The notes below the pieces were generated by a model, which worked only from the letters and a program-made list of their open reading frames with translations, made no database searches and had not been told where the DNA came from. Source: an uncultured bacterium (GTDB taxonomy: Bacteria; Verrucomicrobiota; Verrucomicrobiia; Verrucomicrobiales; DEV007). From it: a stretch of DNA of 64,000 nt. The stretch spans positions 64,001 through 128,000 of the forward strand of contig CAXBMO010000009.1 of assembly GCA_963977015.1 (NCBI GenBank), written 5' to 3'. A program made the translations under genes and the position numbers. This document shows, piece after piece, positions 47,448-56,817 of this stretch (the stretch's first letter is position 1; each line of letters begins with the position of its first letter).

Positions 47448-48053
47448 TCACTTCTTTACCATCACGGCAACTTGATCCAGATACGCGGTTTCTCCGACAC
47501 AACGAAAGACGATTCCCGGCTTCGGAACGCCAAAACTCGGATCGCTCGCGGTCAGCTTGATTCCCTCCCCTACCGAAGCCAAAACTTCGTTTCCTTTCGC
47601 CTCCAACCGAACCTCGATCCAATCGGCTTTGGACAGGTCCACCTTGGATTCGGCCAGGATCTCGTTCTTTGAATTTGGGTCGGCCTTGTCGAGGTGTTTC
47701 ATGATCCTGGCACCCGCCGGGCTGATGATGAGCGAATAGAGATGGCCCTTCTTCTTCAACGTTCCGCGTTTGGGATCAAACCCGACATGGAACGCCGAGG
47801 CTCCATCCAATTTCAGCCGAACCTCGATGACTCCGTCCTGCATTGGAATTTTCCATCGACTCGCCGCCGCATGCTTGTCCGCGGCAACCTGGCGGCAAAC
47901 CAGATTGCCATCCGCAACCTCCCAAACGCCAAAATTCACGCCCCAGTTCGCCGGTCGAGCCTCATCAAAATGCTCCACCAATTTCTCGGTTTCCGCCCGG
48001 CAAACGGAAACCCCAGCGACCATACAGCAAAGGAAGAGTGAGATTTTTGACAT
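47448..48053 (-). CDS. Secreted beta-jelly-roll (DUF1080-like) hypothetical protein
   Basis: Signal peptide from ATG 48053; GVWEVADG, KHAA, WIEVRLE..G, YLDQVAV. Confidence 0.65.
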   Translation of the reverse strand: MSKISLFLCCMVAGVSVCRAETEKLVEHFDEARPANWGVNFGVWEVADGNLVCRQVAADKHAAASRWKIPMQDGVIEVRLKLDGASAFHVGFDPKRGTLKKKGHLYSLIISPAGARIMKHLDKADPNSKNEILAESKVDLSKADWIEVRLEAKGNEVLASVGEGIKLTASDPSFGVPKPGIVFRCVGETAYLDQVAVMVKK

Positions 48054-48115
48054 AGATGACCAATCCCCAAGAACCCGGACTGGACAACCGGATTCAACGC
48101 TCCAACCTCTTGAGG

Positions 48116-49558
48116 ATGAAAACCCCTTCACCCTCATCCTCCCAACCTTCCCGCCGGAAATTTGCCAAGCTTTCGACGGCGGCAGCGGCAACAACGTTCG
48201 GTTTCCAAGTGGTTCCCAGCCGCGTTTTCGGCGCGAATGAGCGACCGGCGTTGGCTGGAATCGGGTCGGGCGGAAAGGGGAAGACGGACATCGAGCAATC
48301 CGCAAAGTCGGGCTTTGATGTCGTCGCTCTCGTCGATATTGTGGATGTGAAGCGGATTCAGGAGGCGGATCCGAATGCCAAGAAACTCAAATCCAGGCTT
48401 GGCTCGATGCGCTCAACCCGCGACAGCCATCCCGACGCGAAGTTCTACACCGACTATCGCGAAATGCTCGATGATTTGGGCGACAAGGTCGATGCGGTCA
48501 CCGTTTCCACGCCGGACCACCACCACTTTCACGCCGCCATGTTGGCCATGAAGGCCGGGAAACATGTGTATTGTCAAAAACCGTTGACCCACGGCATCTG
48601 GGAAGCGCGGATGCTGACCGAAGTCGCCGCCAAGATGGGTGTGCAGACGCAAATGGGGAACCAGGCGCACGCCAATAGCCACATGAGACGCGTGGTGGAA
48701 CTGGTCCGGGCCGGAATCATCGGCAAGGTGAAGGAAGTTCACGCCTGGACCAATCGGCCGATTTGGCCACAGGGTTTCCAGACCCCGCCGGCTGCGGAAG
48801 CGGTTCCAGCCGGAATCGATTGGGAACAGTGGATTGGTCCTGCGCCCTATGTGGATTACAGCTCCAGGATCGCGCCGTTTGCATGGCGGGGATGGTGGAA
48901 TTATGGAACCGGCGCCTTGGGCGATATGGCCTGTCATATCATGGACATGGCCTACTGGGCCTTGGAACTTGGCGCCCCGACCAGCATCGAGGCAATCGAG
49001 GAAGGAAACAGCCGTTTCTCAGCTCCCATCAATTCGACCGTGACCTACGACTTCGGGAAGAAGGGCGTGAAGTATACCTGGTACGATGGTCAAAAGGGCG
49101 CGAAATTTGATCGCGACAACTGGCGGTTGATCCCCGGGGAGTTCAACCGCCCGGGCGATGACATTCTGGAAGGAATGGACTACAAAAAATATGGAAGCGT
49201 CCTCATTGGCGAGGAAGGAAAACTGTTCTTCAACCGGTTCCACGACACCTGGATCGTCAAACCGAGCAAGGCGCTGGACGGCTTCAACAACTGGCCGGAG
49301 CCTTCCATTCCCCGAGCTCGCGGCGAAAACAACTACACGGAGTGGCTCGATGCGATTCACGGAAAGATCGAGCACGGGCAATCGTATTTTGGCCTTGCCG
49401 GACCATTCACGGAAGTTGTTCTGCTGGGCTGCGTTGCCCAGCGCAATCCCGGTCAAAAGCTGGAGTGGAATGCCGAGAAGATGGAGGTGAAGGGGCGCCC
49501 GGAATTGAGTTCCCTGATCCGGCGCAAGTACCGGCCCGGCTGGGAAATCGAGGTTTAG
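48116..49558 (+). CDS. Tat-exported Gfo/Idh/MocA oxidoreductase
   Basis: SRRKF Tat motif, GIGSGGKG, STPDHHH, YCQKPL, QMGNQ, WRGWWNYGTGALGDMACH; GAGG before ATG 48116. Confidence 0.9.
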   Translation: MKTPSPSSSQPSRRKFAKLSTAAAATTFGFQVVPSRVFGANERPALAGIGSGGKGKTDIEQSAKSGFDVVALVDIVDVKRIQEADPNAKKLKSRLGSMRSTRDSHPDAKFYTDYREMLDDLGDKVDAVTVSTPDHHHFHAAMLAMKAGKHVYCQKPLTHGIWEARMLTEVAAKMGVQTQMGNQAHANSHMRRVVELVRAGIIGKVKEVHAWTNRPIWPQGFQTPPAAEAVPAGIDWEQWIGPAPYVDYSSRIAPFAWRGWWNYGTGALGDMACHIMDMAYWALELGAPTSIEAIEEGNSRFSAPINSTVTYDFGKKGVKYTWYDGQKGAKFDRDNWRLIPGEFNRPGDDILEGMDYKKYGSVLIGEEGKLFFNRFHDTWIVKPSKALDGFNNWPEPSIPRARGENNYTEWLDAIHGKIEHGQSYFGLAGPFTEVVLLGCVAQRNPGQKLEWNAEKMEVKGRPELSSLIRRKYRPGWEIEV

Positions 49559-49595
49559 AGCAAGCCTCGATCAGAAACGGTTTCGGCGGAATCGA

Positions 49596-50249
49596 TTAAG
49601 GCTGGGAGACCGCCTCAACGATTTTCTGACTCCACTTGCGGAACGAGATTTCAGCCTGGCCCCATCGGCTCAGGCCGCCGCGAACCTTGTGCTTTCCGCC
49701 GCGCTCTTCGTCGATGATCGCATAAAGTCGTTCCTTGGAGGCGGAATCGAGAACCTCAACCTGGACGGTCGTGACTCCGGAACCGGGATTGTCGCCCGTC
49801 GCCGCCCAAAGCGCTGACGTTGCCACAAAAACTCCGGGAGCGTACCCAGCCAGAAACCAGGCAGGAGAATTCGGCTCCACATCAACCAACGCAGCCCGGA
49901 CTTCCAAAACTCCGGGTCCGCGTGAACGCGTGATTTCGAATTTTTGCCCAAACTCTTCCTTGAGAATGGACTCAAAGCTCACGGCCAGTTGGTTCAATTC
50001 CGCACGGCTCGTCTTGTTGTCATCCTCGACATCAACCAGCACCTCGACGTCGCTGACATGGACCTTGTCGTAGCCTTTCAGCTTCGAACGATCCCCCGCA
50101 TACACCAACGCACCGCCTTTGGAGGCTGCGGTGAATCCATCGTAAGAGGAAAGAAAGCTTCGCTGATCGGAATCAACGGTTTTGCAGCTGGTCAGGAACG
50201 CACCGCCAATGAGCAGCGCAACGAGGCGAAGAATGAGTGGGGAGGACAC
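49596..50249 (-). CDS. DUF3313-like lipoprotein
   Basis: LTSC lipobox; SFLSSY, GPGVLEVRAAL, EVLDS. Confidence 0.7.
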   Translation of the reverse strand: MSSPLILRLVALLIGGAFLTSCKTVDSDQRSFLSSYDGFTAASKGGALVYAGDRSKLKGYDKVHVSDVEVLVDVEDDNKTSRAELNQLAVSFESILKEEFGQKFEITRSRGPGVLEVRAALVDVEPNSPAWFLAGYAPGVFVATSALWAATGDNPGSGVTTVQVEVLDSASKERLYAIIDEERGGKHKVRGGLSRWGQAEISFRKWSQKIVEAVSQP

Positions 50250-50266
50250 TGCGGAATTCGACGCGA

Positions 50267-50689
50267 TTAATAATCAAACAATTCGCCGTCGTTGAAGAAG
50301 CGATTCAATTCGATTTGCGCATTCTCGGGAGAATCGGACGCGTGAACCACGTTCACCATCATGTCGACACCGAAGTCACCGCGAATCGTTCCCTTCTCAG
50401 CCTTGGTCGAGTCAGTTGGTCCCAACAGATCGCGAACGCGTTGCACCGCATTGTCGGCTTCGAGCGCAACGGCAATGACCGGCGATTTCTGCATGAAGCT
50501 GCGGACATCGGGGAAGAAAGGCTTGTCGGCAATGTGGGAGTAGTGCTCGGCAAGAATTTCATCAGTGAGCGCCAGCATCTTGGCACCGCGAATCTTAAAG
50601 CTTTCAGATTCAAAGCGTTTAAGGACTTCTCCGCAGTTGCCTTTTTCGATGCAGTCAGGCTTGAGCAAAATTAGGGTAGTTTCGGCCAT
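50267..50689 (-). CDS. ndk: Nucleoside diphosphate kinase
   Basis: LLKPD, EHY..KPFF, GTIRGDFG, NVVHASDS. Confidence 0.97.
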   Translation of the reverse strand: MAETTLILLKPDCIEKGNCGEVLKRFESESFKIRGAKMLALTDEILAEHYSHIADKPFFPDVRSFMQKSPVIAVALEADNAVQRVRDLLGPTDSTKAEKGTIRGDFGVDMMVNVVHASDSPENAQIELNRFFNDGELFDY

Positions 50690-50756
50690 TTTTCTTGTGG
50701 TTGGATCGGTCGGCTATCTAAGCAAGAAACCACTCCTTGGAAAGGGGAAATTCGCT

Positions 50757-51638
50757 TCAAACCTGACCGAAGCGGGCCACGGCAACTCCTGAAACTCCAA
50801 CCTGGGCCGCAAAGACGGCTCCGCTCAGTGGAAATTGCTCCGTGTCGGCCCAACCACCATCCTGTGACCCCAGAGCGGTGGTGACGAAAAGCGTTTGCAG
50901 CCCTTCACCGCCGAACCAGCAGCTGGTGACCTTGGGGGCCGGAAGCTCCAAACGCGTCAAAACCTGGCCGGACTCCGGATCGTAGCGCGCGACGCAGGCA
51001 CCATTCCAATGCGCAACCCACAGTTTGTCTTCCGCATCAATCGTCATGCCGTCAGGATAGCCCCAGTCTTCAGGCACCTGATTCACGGTGCGCCGATTCG
51101 AGATTTCACCGTTCGCGTTGTCAAAATCAAAGGCATCGATCCGGCGGGTTGCACTGTCGATGAAATACAGCTGATCACCGGCCGCGTTCCAACCTAGGCC
51201 GTTCGAAATCGTGACGTCCCTGAGCATCGGACGAATCGAGAAATCGGGATCGATGCGATAAAGCGTTCCCGCATTCTCCTTTCCATCCCGATGCATCGTG
51301 CCAACCCAGAGCCGTCCCGCCGGATCGCATTTCCCATCGTTGAAACGCAACTCAGCCCCTTCCGGAAAATCGAGATGCGACGCAAACGTTCCTGAAACAA
51401 ACTCAAAACTCACGACTCCCGAATCCAGACACAGAAGGATGCGATTGGGATCATTCGTCAGAACCGCGGTTCCCGGCATTCCTTGAAGCTCAATTTCCTG
51501 CGTCCTGCCATCCTGTTGCCAGACCAGTTTCTTCTCGTTGATGTCAATCCAACTCAACCGTTGAACCCGCGCATCCCACATGATGCCTTCGCCAAGCGAA
51601 TAGGGCCCCTTGGCAACCACTTCAAAATCCTGATTCAT
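50757..51638 (-). CDS. SMP-30/gluconolactonase/LRE family lactonase
   Basis: LGEG, RFNDGKCDPAGRLWVGTM, ISNGLGW, PDGMTID, TSCWFGG. Confidence 0.92.
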   Translation of the reverse strand: MNQDFEVVAKGPYSLGEGIMWDARVQRLSWIDINEKKLVWQQDGRTQEIELQGMPGTAVLTNDPNRILLCLDSGVVSFEFVSGTFASHLDFPEGAELRFNDGKCDPAGRLWVGTMHRDGKENAGTLYRIDPDFSIRPMLRDVTISNGLGWNAAGDQLYFIDSATRRIDAFDFDNANGEISNRRTVNQVPEDWGYPDGMTIDAEDKLWVAHWNGACVARYDPESGQVLTRLELPAPKVTSCWFGGEGLQTLFVTTALGSQDGGWADTEQFPLSGAVFAAQVGVSGVAVARFGQV

Positions 51639-51683
51639 CCCGACATTCGAACGCGAATCGCGAGCAACATCCAGAGCAAAAAT

Positions 51684-52505
51684 TCAGCTTTCTTCGGAGT
51701 CGTCTTCGCCTTTGCCCAAGTTGACCAAATAACCGCCGCTTTTTTCATCGGCTTTCAGACGAAGTAGTCCGCGATCTTCGGCCTCTTCCAACAACGCGTT
51801 GAAGGATCGGAATCCGTGATAGCGCTCGTTGAACCCGGGTTTGCGACGCTTGATGGCCTGCTTCACCATCGAGCCCCAGATTCGATCTTCGGTCCCCCGC
51901 TCCTCCAACATGGTCTCAACGGTTTCGGCCACCAAATTCACAGCCTTGTCCATCTTCTCAGTCCGTTCCTGTCCCCCGTTCTTTGCGTTCTTCCGTTGAG
52001 CCGTTTTTGTCGATTTGCGCGGCTTCTCTTCGCGAACCAGGTCATCGTAAAAGATAAATTGGTCACAACTGCTCACCAAAAGCTCGGACGTGGAGTGCTT
52101 TACGCCAACCCCAATCACCAACTTATTGTTCTCCCGGAGTTTCCCTACCAAGGGAGAAAAATCAGAATCGCCACTGACGACGACAAACGCATCGACGTGC
52201 GATTTGGTGTAACAAAGATCCAGAGCATCGACCACCATGCGGATATCCGCCGAGTTCTTTCCACTCTGGCTGACGTGCGGAATGTCGATGAGCTCAAACG
52301 CGGCTTCGTGCATCCCGCGTTTGTAGGACTGGTAGCGCGTCCAATCACAGTAGGCTTTCTTGACGACGATATTGCCTTTGACCAGAAGACGCTCAAGCAC
52401 CTTGTCGATGCTGAATTGCGCATATTTGGCTTCACGAACCCCGATTGCGATGTTCTCGAAATCGCAAAAAATGGCCATATTGGATAGTCCTGACTGGTCT
52501 GACAT
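51684..52505 (-). CDS. NYN (LabA/DUF88) domain protein with OST-HTH/LOTUS domain
   Basis: DFEN, KNSADIRMVVDA, SGDSDFSPL, C-terminal GSMVKQ..PGFNERYHGF. Confidence 0.9.
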   Translation of the reverse strand: MSDQSGLSNMAIFCDFENIAIGVREAKYAQFSIDKVLERLLVKGNIVVKKAYCDWTRYQSYKRGMHEAAFELIDIPHVSQSGKNSADIRMVVDALDLCYTKSHVDAFVVVSGDSDFSPLVGKLRENNKLVIGVGVKHSTSELLVSSCDQFIFYDDLVREEKPRKSTKTAQRKNAKNGGQERTEKMDKAVNLVAETVETMLEERGTEDRIWGSMVKQAIKRRKPGFNERYHGFRSFNALLEEAEDRGLLRLKADEKSGGYLVNLGKGEDDSEES

Positions 52506-52508
52506 TGG

Positions 52509-52913
52509 TTATTTTCCGATTACAAAGATGAGCAAAAGAGTGACCGTCGAATTGAGGATCAGCGCGACCAGGGTCAAGGACGTCCAAGATTCCCAAAAGC
52601 GGCGATGTTCCGCAAACCCGAATTCCAGGGCGCTTGCGGATTTGGTGGCTAAAAACTGGCTACAGGCCTCGCCAAAGGACCAGAGCTTCAAGGTGGGATG
52701 CACCGCCATCAAGGCATTGATGATGAAGGTGCCTGCAATGGTGAAACGCATTGCCGCGCCCAATTGAGATTCAGCGCTGGTGATGCCCTGATACGTCAGG
52801 ATTCCCGCCGAGACCAGCATCGTCAAGACGATCGCAAATCCCATGAACGCCAGGAACGTGATCCAGGGCCGGATTTGCCGGACCGCTTCGAGCATGTAGG
52901 CGGTCGACTTCAT
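52509..52913 (-). CDS. DUF5362-like membrane protein
   Basis: RPWITFLAFMGF..P.LKL..F..LE..RRFW pattern; three TM. Confidence 0.6.
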   Translation of the reverse strand: MKSTAYMLEAVRQIRPWITFLAFMGFAIVLTMLVSAGILTYQGITSAESQLGAAMRFTIAGTFIINALMAVHPTLKLWSFGEACSQFLATKSASALEFGFAEHRRFWESWTSLTLVALILNSTVTLLLIFVIGK

Positions 52914-53473
52914 TTGACGAGAAAGAAGCTGAAGATTCCGCCGATCACGAGAACCGCGGTAAAGGAGCCACCAATCAGCACCCAGATCCCGCGCAGATAG
53001 CCCACGACGAATTCCAGATCGGTCTCATTCTGGCTGGATTCGAGGGAATCGATCGACTTCATGAATCGCCCCATGCGAAAGCCAATGGCGCACAAAATGG
53101 TGAAGGCGATGGCACATGCGGCAAGCTGGACCGCCAATACAAACACGCCAGCGCTCAAGGTTGCGGCTTCTGCGCTGGGACCACCGGCATCGGATCGAAG
53201 GTTTAGAACCAGCCATGTCGCGCCAAGCGCGAGAAAAAGAAATGCGGCGAAAAACTGGATGATGCGGGCAAACGAAAGCGACTTCTGGGTCCGAACCAAT
53301 TCATCAATCAAATCCTCGGGAACACCAGTTGCCGTACTGCTTAGTTGAACCTGCCTCGGTTCGATGCGCCCCTCACTCCCGGCCTCTTCCGTTGTCTGGC
53401 TGGTGGGGTGACGCTCCTTGCGGCGACGAGCCACTTTTTTCTTAACCTGGACGCGTCCTTTCCGAGCAGCCAT
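52910..53473 (-). CDS. Membrane protein, probable diverged DUF5362-like paralog
   Basis: Same three-TM layout, LVRT..F..RFMKSI..LE..LRGIW; basic N-terminal tail. Confidence 0.5.
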   Translation of the reverse strand: MAARKGRVQVKKKVARRRKERHPTSQTTEEAGSEGRIEPRQVQLSSTATGVPEDLIDELVRTQKSLSFARIIQFFAAFLFLALGATWLVLNLRSDAGGPSAEAATLSAGVFVLAVQLAACAIAFTILCAIGFRMGRFMKSIDSLESSQNETDLEFVVGYLRGIWVLIGGSFTAVLVIGGIFSFFLVK

Positions 53474-53478
53474 CCCCT

Positions 53479-54186
53479 CTATTCGCTGAAGTAAAGAATG
53501 CGACCGCAGTTTTCACAGTTGGCGACCTCTTTCTCGGCTTTCGCCTTGATCACCGTCGAGCTTGTGACCCTTAGATTACAGCCTTTGCACTTCCCGTTCT
53601 CCAACGGGACCAATGCGGCATCCCCCTTTTTGACGAGCAGTCGCTCATAAAGACTGAAGAGGAAATCGTCCTCGACCTTTCCGGCAAAGTTCCGCTTTTC
53701 CTCTTCCAGCGCAGCGACGGCCGCTTCGTCATTCTTCTTCCGTTCGGTGAGCTGGGAGACTTCATGATTCACCATCTCCTGCGTCTTGGCCAAGTTCGCT
53801 TCGGCCTCCTCAAGTTTTGCCCGAATTTCCTCGCCACTCTCCATCAACTCCAACTCTTGATCCTCCAACTTCTTGATTTCGTTCTGGTAGCGCTCCACCT
53901 CGAACCCGAGCGCCCGAAACTCCTCGTTTTTCTTCGTCTCGTATTGCTGGTGGCGCAGCTTCCGAATCGTTTCCTGTCTCGTCTCGACATCCAACTCCAA
54001 ATGCTTCGTCGCCACCTCGACCTTCTTCCTTTCCGCCTTTACTTTATCGAGGGCTGCCAGATCCGCGTTAAGCCGTCCCCTCGCCTGCTCTGCCAATTTC
54101 GGGATATTCGCCAGTTCGCGTTTGAGAGAGAGAATTTTCTGATCGCGATCCTGAATCAGGAGAAGGGTTTGGATATCTGGCAGCAT
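53479..54186 (-). CDS. Coiled-coil protein with C4 zinc ribbon (DUF164/CT398-like)
   Basis: LLLIQDRD, long coiled coil, CKGC..CENCGRILY. Confidence 0.88.
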   Translation of the reverse strand: MLPDIQTLLLIQDRDQKILSLKRELANIPKLAEQARGRLNADLAALDKVKAERKKVEVATKHLELDVETRQETIRKLRHQQYETKKNEEFRALGFEVERYQNEIKKLEDQELELMESGEEIRAKLEEAEANLAKTQEMVNHEVSQLTERKKNDEAAVAALEEEKRNFAGKVEDDFLFSLYERLLVKKGDAALVPLENGKCKGCNLRVTSSTVIKAKAEKEVANCENCGRILYFSE

Positions 54187-54270
54187 GAATTTATGAAGAC
54201 GACGGCAATCTTACCAAGTTCTCAGGCACTCGCAACGCAGCAGTGGAGAATTCATTCACCGGGAAATGCC

Positions 54271-54954
54271 TCATTCTTTCCGCTCCTTCGAAACCTTGCG
54301 GATATCGGCTTCCTTTCCGTAAATGATGGCCACATCCCCTGAATTCAGAACTTGGTCCGCATTCGGCGTTCCTCGAAATTTGCCTTTGGTATCGGTAACG
54401 CCCAAAACAATCACCCCATGGTCCGCAGGCCGGCTCTCGCGGAGGCTTCGCCCCTCCAAGGCGCTTCCCTGAAGGATGTCGACTTCACTGATACAATAGC
54501 CAGCTTCAACCTGAAGGAGCAGTTCATAGTCCAAGGCTCGAACCATACCAACCTGCTTCAAGGTGGCATGAATCAACCAATCCATCACCCGCTTGAGCAA
54601 TCGCAGCCTCAAAATCAGCAACAACGCCACGACACCGCCCAGAATGATTCCGATCTTAATGAGCGTCGGCTCCGTTCCCTTGGTTTCGACAAAGGTTACG
54701 ATCAACGTCGCAACCGCTGAAGTCAGCCCCACGTTTCCGGCAAGAATGAGATCCCTGATGATGCGGCGGCGAATCGGGTGATTCACAACCATCTCCGCTT
54801 CACTCGTCGTGAACCCAACCCCAAAAAAGGCGGAGTATGCCTGAAAGCTTGCGGTATCCCAACTCAGCCCAGTCAGCATCAGCGCATTGGATCCGAAACG
54901 GACCATAATGAGCGAAACGACAACAATAATAAGAAGAGCAATGAGTGAACCCAT
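54271..54954 (-). CDS. Membrane protein with TrkA-C (RCK_C) domain
   Basis: LTGLS..A.FQA.SAF.GVGFTTSEAE.VVNHP.RRRI; C-terminal RCK_C-like domain. Confidence 0.8.
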   Translation of the reverse strand: MGSLIALLIIVVVSLIMVRFGSNALMLTGLSWDTASFQAYSAFFGVGFTTSEAEMVVNHPIRRRIIRDLILAGNVGLTSAVATLIVTFVETKGTEPTLIKIGIILGGVVALLLILRLRLLKRVMDWLIHATLKQVGMVRALDYELLLQVEAGYCISEVDILQGSALEGRSLRESRPADHGVIVLGVTDTKGKFRGTPNADQVLNSGDVAIIYGKEADIRKVSKERKE

Positions 54955-55074
54955 TCCACATGATAGAGCGTTTCGTTTTGCCGAGAACAAAAAAATGGGT
55001 TGAAGAGTGGTCGGCTCGCATTAGCTTTCGCACCCGTTTGCGGTCTGCGTTCAGCAGATTTCTCCCATTAATGT

Positions 55075-55150
55075 GGGGCATTAGCTCAGTTGGTAGAGCG
55101 CCTGCATGGCATGCAGGAGGTCAGCGGTTCGAATCCGCTATGCTCCACCA
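55075..55150 (+). tRNA. tRNA-Ala(GGC)
   Basis: GGGGCAT acceptor stem with G3:U70, D arm AGCTCAGTTGGTAGAGC, anticodon arm CCTGC-ATGGCAT-GCAGG, GGTTCGAATCC, encoded CCA; 76 nt. Confidence 0.97.
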
Positions 55151-55258
55151 TTTTTTTCTTTGGCATTTTTCTCTTTGGGACAGGCAGCCCCATCAATATC
55201 ACTTCACTCAGGGAGGGAAGTTGACTTCGGCCAAACAGCTCGTTTTCGAAGTGCCGCC

Positions 55259-56026
55259 CTACTCCTCGATCGCGGAAAGGATCTTATCGACAAAGCCTCT
55301 GATCTTTCTCCGCCTATTCTCACTTACATTGTCGAGATCGGCTTTTGCGCCATTTTCAGCAATCACCGGTGTATCAATGTCTTCGTAGATGACGTTTTTG
55401 AGTTCCCCTCGCGACTTGGAATTGGTCATCTTCAGGATGGAATTGCCGTTGCGGAAGCCTGAATTCGAAATCGATACCCGGTAATCCAGATTTGGGCCGG
55501 TTCCCGTGGTTCTGGCAAACCGGCCAAAATTCTGGCCGTAGCACTCATCAATCACCAAATTGGTCACCGCATTGATTTGAACCACCTTGTCCGCCGCCTT
55601 CAAAAACGAGCACCGTGAGATGATCACGTTTCCTCCACTCCCGCTTTTGATCGTCAAGGCATCTTCGCCGACATCGCGAACCTGGATATTCGTCAATCGA
55701 GTGGTTTTGCCATTTGCCACGATGATGTGAACTCCATCAGCAGAAGGGGTGTCGAGGATGATATTGCTCAAGGTCGCGCCCGGCTCCAGGATGAACATGG
55801 GTTTCTGGGATTCCTTTTGAGACCCATCTCCCATGAGTTTCCGATCCGCCACATAACGAGTGAATTTCCCGCTGGAAAGTCGCCCGTCGATGGAATCCCC
55901 TGACTTGACGACGATCGGGCTGGTGATTTTGATCGTCTTTCCATACTGCTTAAGAGCAGGGGTGAACAAATCCTGGCCAAGAGCTGGAGTAACGAGCAGG
56001 ACAAGGCCTAAAAAGTAGCGGGTCAT
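55259..56026 (-). CDS. Secreted pectate lyase, PL3-like
   Basis: Signal peptide; GDGSQKESQKPMFILEPGATLSN, ADGVH, DVGEDALTIK, ADKVVQIN. Confidence 0.85.
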   Translation of the reverse strand: MTRYFLGLVLLVTPALGQDLFTPALKQYGKTIKITSPIVVKSGDSIDGRLSSGKFTRYVADRKLMGDGSQKESQKPMFILEPGATLSNIILDTPSADGVHIIVANGKTTRLTNIQVRDVGEDALTIKSGSGGNVIISRCSFLKAADKVVQINAVTNLVIDECYGQNFGRFARTTGTGPNLDYRVSISNSGFRNGNSILKMTNSKSRGELKNVIYEDIDTPVIAENGAKADLDNVSENRRRKIRGFVDKILSAIEE

Positions 56027-56157
56027 CGGTTTGGGAGGAACGTTTGGGTTTGTGTGGAGCTTTGACGTAAATCAATTCGATCAAATCAAGTGAAAAGGTT
56101 TTTTTTGGCAATGGGATTCTCAATGCACCCGGTCGGTTTTGTAGTAAACTCCCGATT

Positions 56158-56640
56158 ATGGTCGATCCTTTGCTTCAAGAACTGCAACGCGACAGTCGAG
56201 CCAGTTCCGGCTCGCTCGCTAAGATGTTAAATCGGGAAGAGGCTGCGGTGGAAGCCCAAATTAAGGAATGGGAAAAGGATGGCACGATTTTGGGGTATCA
56301 AGCGGTCGTCGATCCTGACCGTGCCGGCGCCACCCACGTTACCGCTTTGATCGAGATCAAACTGACTCCGGAACGAGATGGCGGATTTGATCGCATTGCA
56401 CGCCGAATCGCAAAATTCGACCGAGTGAGCAGCTGTTTTTTGATGAGTGGAGGCTATGACCTGGCGGTCACGGTGGAAGCGGAGAACCTGCGTGATGTCG
56501 CGCTCTTCATCTCAGAGAAACTCAGCACGCTGGACGGAGTCCTTTCCACAGCGACCCATTTCCAGCTGAAAGTTTACAAGCAAAACGGGTTCCAAATCGA
56601 GACCGAGCTGGAAACCCAGCGCCTCGCCGTCGCCCCCTAA
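56158..56640 (+). CDS. Lrp/AsnC family transcriptional regulator
   Basis: N-terminal HTH, GTILGY, P.RDGGFD.IA, LMSGGYDL, STATHF. Confidence 0.88.
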   Translation: MVDPLLQELQRDSRASSGSLAKMLNREEAAVEAQIKEWEKDGTILGYQAVVDPDRAGATHVTALIEIKLTPERDGGFDRIARRIAKFDRVSSCFLMSGGYDLAVTVEAENLRDVALFISEKLSTLDGVLSTATHFQLKVYKQNGFQIETELETQRLAVAP

Positions 56641-56817
56641 CGACATCCCTAAAACCGCCAGCCCGTCCCTCGTTCCGGAACGCTTGCTTCCCGGTTTTTC
56701 GCCTCAATCACTCCTTGAATGATGCCTCGATGGTCCTGCCTCGGTAAAAATTCTGGTTCCTCGTTGATCGAAACTTAGGACTCTGTAGGGTCCCTAACGA
56801 ACCCGTTTCACGAGCGT

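Noticed and set aside
55075..55260. Integrative element at tRNA-Ala
   Set aside because: No integrase, and I could not find a duplicated tRNA 3' end in the window by eye
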